A stretch of 64,000 bases of DNA. Source: Nemertoderma westbladi. Taxonomy: Eukaryota; Animalia; Xenacoelomorpha. Location of the stretch: contig JAUCBJ010006708.1 in NCBI GenBank assembly GCA_032718475.1, forward strand, positions 1 through 64,000, in the 5' to 3' direction. Below are positions 11,558-22,200 of the stretch, piece by piece. Each line of letters starts with the position of its first letter. Position 1 is the first letter of the stretch. The notes beneath the pieces are model-generated. The model saw only the letters and a program-made list of their open reading frames with translations, did not search any database and was not told where the DNA came from. The position numbers and the translations under genes were made by a program.

Positions 11558-14500
11558 ATGACGGAGTTGATAGAAGATGATCTTGGTATTAGGGAGCGAT
11601 ATACCCTACCTTTACAAGCATTTGTGGATAGCTTAATACGCGGTGAAGCCGATCCAACCATTACGGAGGACGATGGTCGTTATATCGAACCGCCGATGTC
11701 CCAAGAGCAACTTGCGCGTGAATTGGACTATCGAAAATTCACCACTCGCTATACGAATCGTAATGGTACGTATATGGACTTCTTAACTACCGGCCATCCT
11801 ATCGATTTGCATGATACGGACGATGTAGATACAGAGAGGGAAATGGTTCTATTTAAATATCATACCCAGCGGAGTCGTAACGATAAACCGAGAATAGATC
11901 ACGAAAATTCTATTCGTAATAGACTGGAAAGAGAAAACGTTGAAGAACCGGATAAACGCATCGACTTCAACGAATACCTAGAATTTTTGAGAGAAACCTA
12001 TCTCAACATCGCCAGTCAGCAGAACCTAGAGACTCGATATCCTCAAGGTATACATCATGACCCTGTGGTAGAACTCAAACGGCTCTATTTCACTATGATG
12101 TATCTTACCGCCGATCGTCCACTACCTGTTATCCCGGATAGTTTTGAACAAATGGAAGAATACTGCAAAACTGGAGAACGATCACCCGCGTTTCCTCTAC
12201 AGGACGTACGTCTTTGGTATTATTGTGACGAATGCCCTAGACCCAACCAACAAACTGAAAGACATAAACATCCGCGGAGACGTTGCGCTAAACACAGCTT
12301 TACGCGTTACACTTACGGGAGTTTCGAGCGAAACCTGTTCGACGTACCACCTACGATCGCTCGTCTTAAACGATCACTGAATAAACCCATGATCAGAGTT
12401 CCGGAATACTCGGTCAGGCCTCCTCATTCCCTAGTGAGACCTCAAACTCTTGATCCTAACAGTATCACTGATCCTCCCGAACTATATTCCCTGTTCAAAG
12501 ACTTAGTGTTACCCGAACAATTAATCGGTGGTGCTCCGGTAGTGGGTTCGTTAGACATCCGCCCATCCTACTTAGCCGGATTGGGACGCGGGCAGCTAAT
12601 ATCGCCCTTTGATCCTTACAATCGTCCAGGATTAAACCCGATGCAACCCGCCACGGAAGTCGAGGAGAGCGTTATAAGAAACGCTTTAGACGCCATTCGA
12701 CAGAAAATCGGAAAGGGAACACAAGATTGTTTAGAGAAACGTAAATTACAACAACAAGTCCAATCGGTGAAGGAGTTAGCCTTGCCACAGTTCGATAGAG
12801 AAATCCAAAACCTCGAGGAAGACATCGAGCTTGGACGCACGTATTCTCTACAAGAATTTTTAGATGAACGCTTACAGAGACAAGCGGAAGAAAATCTACT
12901 CGAAGAGAAACACACGAAACTGGAAGAGAGAGAAGAAGCCGCTTTAGCCCAACCGGAAGCTCAAATCCTCATGACGGACCTCTACTCTAAAACCGTTCGT
13001 CATCCCTCGATGATTCCACATTTCGGGGACAAGCTCTTCGCGACGATACAACCTCAACCGGTTGATATCAGTACAGGATCGCAAAATCTTATCGCTGACG
13101 CCCCTATGTTACAGCGTCCGCCGATCGAGGCCGCTCGTGTTGACGGTATACTCGTTGAACCTCCGGACAATCGAGCGGATCTTGTCCGTCGTATGGTACA
13201 CGATGTCAACATACGCGCTAGACCTTTACAGAACTCGTTTTATGGGATTAAAGACCACCCTTATTACGTTAATCTGACTCAATATTATATGGTAAAACCA
13301 GAAGACCCGACACATAATTTAAAGTTTCTACCACTAATAAATCCTCTAGACATTGTCGAACTCGAACAATTGCAGAAACATCTGGATCAGTTAGTAAAGG
13401 TAAACTCATTTAGAAAACCATATAACATTTCTCGAATCGAGAAAGATATAGAACCTCCTTATAATCTCGATGGATTTATTAAAACTCGATTAGTCCATTG
13501 GAATCTAGATGTATTATTTGAAGAAGAGAAAATACAAAGATATGGAAATGTGGAGACGTATACCACTCGGCACATGAAGTATAGTGATCTCCCTGACGCT
13601 AACCAATGCGCCACCTTGTGGCATCCAGTAGGGATGACCCTAGAGAACGCCACCAAGGAGTGGAATGAAACTCTTAATGTTATTGAGATGTATGGAGTTG
13701 TCACCTACGATAATGAAGGTAGCGTTCCGGTCGGAGAACTAGGAACTACGCGCATGATCCACATACGCGGATTAGCTGGTTCTACCCACGTGTTTACTCG
13801 AGCGTGTTCCGACGTGATTGATTATTCTTTTGAAACTCTCACCGAAACACAAAAGAATCTCCGACATGGACAATTCGAACTCGCGCAGCGTTACGTCATT
13901 GACACCGAACGCAAACCGGCCATGGGCATCGATGGATCGATGTTACCCCAGCCCGTACTCGAGATGTTGTTCAACGAAAGAATCCTTAAAATCGGCTCAG
14001 CTGTTTATGGAGATCTCCAAAACGACTTTCGGAATATGGAGAACATTCCATACCCTTTCGTTGATACTCAGCTGATTGCTCCCTGGGCAGAAGGTCGAGG
14101 TTTCTTCCGCACCATGTATGCTAATACGTCTAGCAACATTACAAAGGTGCAACGAACTTCCATCGGACATCTTGCCTTTCAGGAATACGGATGGAATTTC
14201 AAAGTCGGAAATCCCATTAACTATCAACAAGTATACGGAGACCATTATTCTCGATTATACTTTGATGGACCATTGACCGCACCTGGCGCCGTGTATAGCT
14301 TCATGAGTGTTCCACTCCGTCCCTCCTTAGCTATATACACGATCTTTGAAAACACCGCACTTGCCGGTTGGCTAGCCGATGTGTGCAGTCGTACTATACG
14401 CGCCCATCCATTAATACTTGGGACCAAACTCGCTAAGCTAGATGAACATAATAAATTCATCCGTTTCGAATGTTTCCGGCGATTTTTAACCCCGTTCCGC

Positions 14501-15106
14501 AACGTGGATAGCCAATTTAAAGACCGCGCTTTGACCAAGCTCAGCCTAAGAAACTCAGCTGCAGAGAAGTTGGATAGCGCTGGATTCGCCATTTTCCAAG
14601 AGATTTGTATATCGAACTTGCACTCCTCTGTTATACAAAGACCTCGAATCCCCACAGGTTATTCTGTCGTGGAAATTCAGACAATAGGTCCACCTTCCGC
14701 GGACCTCCGCCGCGCTACAGTCGGCTCCGCGGACCTCCGCCGCGCTACAGTCGGCTCCGCGGACCTCCGCCGCGCTACAGTCAGCTCCGCGGACCTCCGC
14801 CGCGCTACAGTCAGCTCCGCGGACCTCCGCCGCGCTACAGTCGGCTCTGCGGACCTCCGCCGTGCTACAGTCGGCACCGCGGACCTCCGCCGCGCTACAG
14901 TCGGCTCCGCGGACCTCCGCTACGCTACAGTCGGCTCCGCGGACCTCCGCTGCGCTACAGTCGGCTCCGCGGACCTCCGCCGCGCTACAGTCGGCTCCGC
15001 GGACCTCCGCCGCGCTCCACTCCAGCCCTCTCTCTGGCGGGATTGTATTTATCGGGTGGGATTCCCCGCACCTCCCGACTTTATGTGGGATTGTTTTACT
15101 TGTTAG
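11558..15106 (+). CDS. Retrotransposon ORF2: Cys/His cluster, coiled coil and DEDDy-type 3'-5' exonuclease domain (C-terminus runs into a minisatellite)
   Basis: 1182-aa ORF. ExoI VVTYDNEG (D718/E720). ExoII LPQPVLEMLFNERILKIGSAVYGD (D819). FVDTQLIA and SIGHLAFQEYG motifs. ExoIII PLRPSLAIYTIFE (Y927/E931). No signal peptide or transmembrane segment. Confidence 0.8.
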   Translation: MTELIEDDLGIRERYTLPLQAFVDSLIRGEADPTITEDDGRYIEPPMSQEQLARELDYRKFTTRYTNRNGTYMDFLTTGHPIDLHDTDDVDTEREMVLFKYHTQRSRNDKPRIDHENSIRNRLERENVEEPDKRIDFNEYLEFLRETYLNIASQQNLETRYPQGIHHDPVVELKRLYFTMMYLTADRPLPVIPDSFEQMEEYCKTGERSPAFPLQDVRLWYYCDECPRPNQQTERHKHPRRRCAKHSFTRYTYGSFERNLFDVPPTIARLKRSLNKPMIRVPEYSVRPPHSLVRPQTLDPNSITDPPELYSLFKDLVLPEQLIGGAPVVGSLDIRPSYLAGLGRGQLISPFDPYNRPGLNPMQPATEVEESVIRNALDAIRQKIGKGTQDCLEKRKLQQQVQSVKELALPQFDREIQNLEEDIELGRTYSLQEFLDERLQRQAEENLLEEKHTKLEEREEAALAQPEAQILMTDLYSKTVRHPSMIPHFGDKLFATIQPQPVDISTGSQNLIADAPMLQRPPIEAARVDGILVEPPDNRADLVRRMVHDVNIRARPLQNSFYGIKDHPYYVNLTQYYMVKPEDPTHNLKFLPLINPLDIVELEQLQKHLDQLVKVNSFRKPYNISRIEKDIEPPYNLDGFIKTRLVHWNLDVLFEEEKIQRYGNVETYTTRHMKYSDLPDANQCATLWHPVGMTLENATKEWNETLNVIEMYGVVTYDNEGSVPVGELGTTRMIHIRGLAGSTHVFTRACSDVIDYSFETLTETQKNLRHGQFELAQRYVIDTERKPAMGIDGSMLPQPVLEMLFNERILKIGSAVYGDLQNDFRNMENIPYPFVDTQLIAPWAEGRGFFRTMYANTSSNITKVQRTSIGHLAFQEYGWNFKVGNPINYQQVYGDHYSRLYFDGPLTAPGAVYSFMSVPLRPSLAIYTIFENTALAGWLADVCSRTIRAHPLILGTKLAKLDEHNKFIRFECFRRFLTPFRNVDSQFKDRALTKLSLRNSAAEKLDSAGFAIFQEICISNLHSSVIQRPRIPTGYSVVEIQTIGPPSADLRRATVGSADLRRATVGSADLRRATVSSADLRRATVSSADLRRATVGSADLRRATVGTADLRRATVGSADLRYATVGSADLRCATVGSADLRRATVGSADLRRAPLQPSLWRDCIYRVGFPAPPDFMWDCFTC
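14696..15016 (+). repeat. 30-bp GC-rich minisatellite (~10.5 copies)
   Basis: Unit TCCGCGGACCTCCGCCGCGCTACAGTCGGC, which translates as SADLRRATVG in the ORF2 frame. Confidence 0.95.
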
Positions 15107-15876
15107 TTTAAGGTTTATTGTTTGTGGTCGACTGGCTTGGGTTACATTGATGGTTTCTAGAATGTCAGATTGTCTATTTACCGGTTCTACTTCGCCCTGT
15201 CGACACCCCCTGTCATTTTTTAACCATTAATTTGTTGGTGAATGTTCTAGAACATTAGTAGGTATTTTTTCAAGGAAGGGTAGATAGTATATATATTATG
15301 AAAATACAAAATATATTTTATTCTTAAATTATTACTTTTTTGCTCGAATATAGCCCAAAATCGGGAGAAAAAGTTGCTCTTTTTTTCCCAAGGGAAAAAA
15401 GTAAAATAAAATATTTTGTTTGAATTTCTTAAATTTTAATACAATTTGATTGAAAGAGAATCGAAGTAGAAAAGGTTCGCAAATAATTTGAGCCAAAATC
15501 CATTCAAAAACTCAAAATTTATTGACAAACTATGAAAGACAAACTATAAAACCGAACTCAGTATCCATTATTGGTTTATGTTGTTAAGCGGCTCTCTAAG
15601 TTACCTAATAAATATCCGAGAACATTAAATTATTTAACATTGAGTTAAGGCAGCCATCAGGAGTTGGAGAGTTCAATAATTACAATAGCAGTAAATATGG
15701 AAGCAATATAGTAAAATACTACAGTTCAATTTATTTTATAACACAACTGTACTGTAGTATATCGCTATGTTTCATTAAAGAATTGAGCAACAAAAAAGTA
15801 AGAATATAATTACGTATTACATGGGAAAAAAGTGGAACATTTCTTTTCAATATTCTCTCGACCCTTTATTAACCTC

Positions 15877-17059
15877 TGTAAAAGCTTTTGCGGATATACT
15901 CAGTCCCCCTCGCCCGCAAGGTACCGTTATAGGTGTTTTAACAGACATAAAAGTCATTCTTCTATATACGTGCTTTGGAGGACATGGTAAGGCAAAAAAC
16001 CCACAATGCACCAAATACCCTTGCACAGCTTAGCCTTGATGATTCAGATTACGACATCTAACAGCTGGTTGCTGACATGGAAACGGCCATTGGACACATG
16101 GTTCTTTGTTTAGCTTAACAGCCAATCAGAGCGATTTTTTCTGTCGATGTGGAGCTTTTTGGCAGATCATGCTAGGAGTGTTGAGTCTTACGCTTTTTCT
16201 TGATACTGTTGTGTTGTTTCTATCTAGGCCAGGAACACCGGCTCTAGAGTCAACTCGTTTTCATACTTTAGAAGAAACATTAGTAGGCTTAAATTATAGA
16301 GCGTATAACTGTTATCTTATCATATCTCACTTCAGTCTTACATTATCGGTTCAACATACATTATTATACTGCTATTTACTGTTGTCATATTTTGTATCAG
16401 TTGGTTGAATATTATTTGGAGAACATTTATAAAGAACCCAAATTTCCCAATTTTCTTGATACACTACAGGTTAGAGAGACGGGTTATATATAGCGATTGC
16501 GACTTATATTATTGTGGTTTGTAGTGAATTTAATGCTATTTGATAAGCACTACAAGAGTCCGTTGCTGTTCTCTTTATATATGATAAAATTCATTGACTG
16601 TCTGCAAATTAGTGAGCAGTATTGTGTGTTACCGGTAGTGTGCCTGATTGTGACTGATAACTAAGCATTTCCTAAAGAATGCGCCTCATACGTGAATCAT
16701 AAGCCTTACCGACTTACCGTTGTGATTAGTATAAGTCATATCTCTGTTTACCTAGATAGAGCGCCACGTCCTAAAGGAACTGTTAATATTTCCCGAAAGT
16801 GAATAATATTGGTCAGAAATTATTTATTAACGATCAATCGAATAATACAGTAAGCTTACACTGCAATAATAATCTAAGCCCTCAGAATCCAGTCTCCCGG
16901 GTATATCCAGCGGGTGAATGGACGCGCACTAGGCTGGCTTCTGCTAATGTTGTGTTTATTGGTATTAAATATTTGTCAACTTCTAAAGTCTATTTATAAA
17001 CCAAAAGACATATAAATTTTGGCAGGTTAAACTGCTAAAGGTCTTCAAAAGCGCGTACA
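15877..17059 (+). repeat. 5' LTR (1183 bp)
   Basis: Begins TGTAAAAGC and ends GCGCGTACA. Near-identical to 30032-31216. CCAAT motif near 16120. Confidence 0.96.
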
Positions 17060-17070
17060 ATAACAGTTAT
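17060..17070 (+). promoter_or_regulatory. Non-tRNA primer-binding site (candidate self-priming PBS) ATAACAGTTAT
   Basis: Directly abuts the LTR end, has no TGG, and is the exact reverse complement of ATAACTGTTAT at 16305-16315 within the LTR. Confidence 0.6.
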
Positions 17071-17125
17071 TGACTTTATTGCAGTAAGCAATAAAGTTGA
17101 AAGTACCGGTCGACCGGTAAACTTG

Positions 17126-17252
17126 AACCGGTACTTCTGTAGGTCAGTAGGCCCAACTGCCAGAACCGGTACTGCTGTAGGTCCATAGGTCCAACTGCCA
17201 GAACCGGTACTTCTGTAGGTCTGTAGGCCCAACTGTCCTAACCGGTACTTCC
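17126..17252 (+). repeat. ~38-bp tandem repeat (3+ copies) in the leader
   Basis: Unit like AACCGGTACTTCTGTAGGTCAGTAGGCCCAACTGCCAG. Confidence 0.85.
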
Positions 17253-19296
17253 AGTATAAGTACATTAGTATTATTCGATTTTGATTATTGTATACCGGTA
17301 GGTCTCGATATTAAATCGGGGACGCCTGGTTTTTATTGGGATTTTACTTAGGTCTATTTCTGTCAGTTTTATTTCCTAGTAAGTTAATATTGTTCTGAAG
17401 ACGTGTAAGTCTGCTCAGATTGTTCAGATAACTGTAGGCCGGACTGTTGTCGGATTGTTGTTGGGTTTGGAGAGATTACGGCGTGTGTGGAGTTTGTCCG
17501 ATAGAGTGCCAGTTAGTAAGTTGGGGCAGCCATAGCTGTAAGATCAATCCCCTCTTAAAGAATAAGTCGTACTACCGTGTTAGAACGCATACTAACTAAC
17601 CATTTTGGAATCTGCACATACTGTAGTTTATTTAGGCTTGACAGTATTCTGCCAGCGTTTTGGCCTGTGTTTGTTTGTGTGGTCTGTTCAGGTACCGTAA
17701 TAGTTATTACTCAGATATTTTGTAGGCTGGATTGTTGTCTAGCTATTATTAGGTCTGAAGAGATTGCTGCTTGTGTAGAGTTTGTCTGATAAAGTGCCAG
17801 TTAGTAAGTTGGGGCAGCCATAGCTGTAAGGTCAATCCCCTCTTAAAGAATAAGTCGTACTACCGTGTTAGAACGCATACTAACTAACCATTTTGGAATC
17901 TGCACATACAGTAGTTTATTTAGGCTTGGTGGTAGTCTGCCAGCGTTTGGTTTGTATTTTGTTTGAGTATTCTGTACGGGTAGCGTAATATTTATTATTC
18001 AGAGTTTATGCGATTATTCGCAACATTCATGTCCCCAAGTTTATTCCTACAGTAATTGTGCTTGTTACACATACCGTTATAGTTAAATTAACCCCGGTAC
18101 TACACGGGCTGCTTGGCGTAGGAAAAGACTGGTGACTTTGTGCTTCGGTCACTCCAGCAGATGCCGTGGTTCTTTTAACTGTTCAAGTATATTTAACTAC
18201 TGATTATTTGTTGTACCAGTACTTGTACCTAATTTAGGGTTTAGTGTACAGTGCTTTCCGAAAGTAATTAGTGTGTAGGCAGTGTATTGTGTTGTAAAGT
18301 GGTTAATAGGCACGTTGGATCTGGTAGTCCGCGGTAATTAACTTCCAGGTAGGAACACTCCGTGATACATAACGTAGTACCTATAGCGATACGGCTATAG
18401 GTCGTCAGGCGGTGGTATTTTCCTATCTGGACAGTGCAATATATTTACTACTACTTATTATTTTCAAATACCGTAATACCCTCTCCGTTGTAATAACCAG
18501 AAATCTAACCCTTTGTTAGACTGGTTGGTAGACTTCCTGTAAAATTACCCTAAAATTTCGTACGTAATATTTTTGTTGTGTTTAATTAGAGATTTAATCT
18601 CACCCGTATCGTAAGTAATTTGTAGTATTAAGTAACTTAGGTAAATTAGAATTATCAGTTTTTAGTGTCCAATAAATAGCACTTCACTGAGAGCGCACAG
18701 CTTCTGTGTAGTGACTTCCCCCAGAAATAATAACATTTATTTCAAATATTGACAAAACCCCTTTTTAAACTGGTATATAAATATTATAAATCAACTCAAA
18801 CGATTTATAATAGTAGGCCTGCCATACAACAACTAGGTCTCAATATCAGTTGGACTACTGCTTAAATAACGGTAATAAAGTAAGTTAAAGTAACCAAGTA
18901 ACCCTAAAATATTCAGAAATTCAATTATTCTAAAATAATTGACATACCGGTATTTACCATAGTCTTATTATATTTATTTCTATAAATTAGGGCTGAAATA
19001 GTACCGGTATTCTGTAATTAATTCTAGTTTATAATTATACTTATATATACTATAAGTGTAAGCTGCATACCGGTATTCACGATAGGCCTATTATATATAT
19101 ATATATAGTTGTGCTAAAATTATATACCGGTACTCTGTGACAAAACTAGTTTACAATACTTATATATACTATAAGTGTATACCGGTATTCTAATATACTG
19201 CAATAAATTAACGGTACTAGGCCAACGGTCATACTGAATTACTAGACTTGCTTTAACTGTAACTATAGCAGTAGGCATTCAACCTTATAGCTAAAC

Positions 19297-22200
19297 ATGT
19301 CTGACACCCAGCAAAACCTGTCAGACAGTCTAATCGATACAACCATCTGTGACACAGATAGGAGTGTGGAGCGATTAAGAAAGGAGTTCAGCTCACCTCC
19401 TACTGAAAGAAAGGTCATCCCTCCAGTAGTAGTATCCGACCCTAAGCTAATCCAACACCGTAGGTCTATCATCGGCACTCGGGCCCAGGTCAAACGGAAC
19501 CAGGAAGCAGCTGTCCAACAGCAGCAACATCCTAGTCAAGAAACTTGTTCCCAGCGATCGGATAGCTCCAGTAGTTCGGATACTGTAGAGCTGACCCCCC
19601 GAACGCGGATTGCAGATGGCGGCTACAGCCTACTCGGACCCCCTTCTCACCCTTCCTGCCGCAGTACTAACTACTATATTGATTGCGGTGGAGGAATATC
19701 AAGCCGATTGGGCGAGAAGTAAGAGAGCGACCCAAGATGATTATGCGGGATACGCCAGAGAAGAATTGGTGTCTATTGTCGAGTCACAATGGAACTTTCC
19801 CGGACCCGGACTCCCGTTAGATTTGTCCGAAGCTACTTGGGAAGATATACACAGGATGGGAGTGACTAAAGATACGATGGATCCAGCTGTTTGGAAGAGG
19901 TCGGCAGCAGGATATGTGCAGGGATTCTTCGGCTCCTTAGAGAGATTGGAAGAACAATTGTTTCGACCTCAAGAGCAGGAAGAGCTGCTTTATCAAGTAC
20001 GCGAAAGAACCCTACGTATTAGACTAATCCTATCAGCCTTTGAGGAAACTTCCAAAAGAAGACAGGACACGTCGCTGCAGGTTGCTGTCAAGACTTGGTT
20101 CCAGCGGGTAGGTCTCAAAGTGCAAGAAACGGCCCAGTGGAAATCCCAGCTGGCTGAAAGACCAACCTATGAAGAACCAACCGATGCCACCCTTTCTCAA
20201 ATGGAAAGCGAAGAAACACCAGCAGAGAAGCCGCCCTCGAGAGATGCCATAGACATCTATCTGTCAGACTATCAACGCTTCTTGGGTGATGAAGAGTTGA
20301 GGAGACGGCTGTCTGGACTTTCCCCTAATAGTGAAGGAACCAAGCTTGTGTTGGACGCAATCAATGCGGAAATGTTATCTGCAAACCAAGCTGAATTTGA
20401 TGAAAAACTCCGCCTCACTAGAGTCCAAGAAGAACAAGTAAAAAAAAACAGATAGAGGACCGAAAAGCAGCAGCAGTAACGGCGGCAGAAGCAGAAGCAG
20501 CAAAGGTAGCGGCAGCGGCAGAAGCAGAAGCAGCAAAGGTAGCGGCAGCGGCAGAAGCAGAAGCAGCAAAGGTAGCGGCAGCGGCAGAAGCAGAAGCAGC
20601 AAAGGTAGCAGCAGCGGCAGAAGCAGAAGCAGCAAAGGCAGCGGCAGAAGCAGAAGCAGCGAAGGCAGCGGCAGCAGCAGAAGCAGAAAGAAAGGCAGCG
20701 GTGGCAAAAGCAGAACTGAGAGCGTCTGAGGAGACTACCCAACTAGAGTTGGAAAATCTGCAAGAGACGCAAGACAACATAAATAAACAGTTAACCGCTA
20801 GTCACATGCAGATGATGAGAAGATCTACTCCCAAACGCCAGAGATATACATCATCGGAGGAAAGCGAAACCACCGATCCTGAAGGCGGAGGAAATAGATC
20901 TCGTCTAAGCAGGCGTAGAAAAACATCTTACCGTCACAAATTGCCTGATTTGCCCCCAGCTGTTCGAAGACAACTAGCTAGCACAGACTTAAGTAGTATA
21001 GAACCTACAGACCAAATTATTAAGATCAAAAAACTCCCTACTATAGTTGATGAGCCTGAAATAATTAGGCCTGTCGTTCCCAAAGTCACTCCTGTGTTAG
21101 AGACCCCTGTACTTCCAGAGCTTAACTCTAAATTCCCTTTACACAGTACTACACTGCCTGTGCCCGGTAGAACAGTCCATGAGAATATCCCTGTCCTGGA
21201 AGCTGAGAGAGAAATCAAAGATTTGTCTCCCGTCGTCCCACGTCAGCCCGCTACAATGTTGGCGACTCCCGCTTCGGCGGTCGAGTGGGTAGAGGAGGGA
21301 CGGCGGGGGATGAATCTCCTGCTCGGACAGATGCAGGAGACTGTCTACCAACTTAAGGGAACAGTAAGGGAAGGTAGGGCCGAGTTGCAAGAAGTGCAGC
21401 AAAGTATCGCGCTAGAACGCGACAAATTAGTCAACATCCAAAAAGGTATACCCATACCCCCTGTAAAATTGTGTCAACCTGTTAGGTCTGAAGTATTACA
21501 TGCGCAAGGTGTGGAGCCTACACGCATCTATACTGCTAGTGAAGTAGAAACTCCTATAGCAAACCCTATTAAGGGTGATTATAGACCTGTTGTTAATGAT
21601 ATTCCCTATAGACCTGATAATGATCCGAGAAATTTATATACCGATAATTCGATATTAAATAACACGATGGCCCAAGAAAGCTTTACGCGTCAGATGGCTA
21701 GAACAGAAGCCCGCCAAGCGGTCAAAGTGGGAGAGATCGTTAAATTCAATGGAGATGAGATGAAATGGTTACCTTTCAATGAATATTACAAAGATAGCAT
21801 ACAGAACTCTGTACTATCTAACGGAGAGAAACTTAGATTCCTCATCAAGTGCTTGGAAGGACCTTCCAGGTTAATGGCGTTAAAGTTTATTGGACATCCA
21901 GAAGGATTAAGACAAGTTTGGGATACATTAAACATCAGGTATGGTAACAAGGATAACATAGCTAAGTATTTGTATGCAAAATTAGTAGCCCCCCGACACT
22001 TCCTTAGTAGCGGGATTATAGAGTTTTCCGATGAGATTCAGGAGATCTGTAGACAATTGGACTGGTTAGGTAAGTCTCATGAATATCAGAGTTCCATGGT
22101 TATTGGAGCAGTAGTCTCTACTTTACCAAAGGGTGGAGTATGTACGCGCTGGGACAAGAAAGTGTTGTATATGAATGAACAGCAACGACGAAGCCCTACC

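Larger units (their letters stand above)
1..14695 (+). mobile_element. BEL/Pao LTR retrotransposon, copy A (5' LTR outside window, 3'-truncated)
   Basis: Base 1 matches base 17444 of copy B, and the copies are colinear through leader, gag-pol, intergenic region and ORF2 start. No 3' LTR of its own is seen, and ORF2 runs into a 30-bp minisatellite. The 3' breakpoint is approximate. Confidence 0.93.

Noticed and set aside
11558-15106. ORF2 as an envelope glycoprotein
   Set aside because: No signal peptide, TM helix or Cys-rich ectodomain; nuclease motifs are present instead.
16106-16408. Hydrophobic 100-aa ORF in the LTR (also 30261-30563)
   Set aside because: Non-ATG start, T-rich LTR sequence, and duplicated only because the LTRs are.
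15877-17059. Shared central LTR of a tandem LTR-internal-LTR-internal-LTR array
   Set aside because: The ACCTC TSD flanks copy B on both sides, and the sequence before 15877 does not match the sequence before the 3' LTR. Copy B is an independent insertion.
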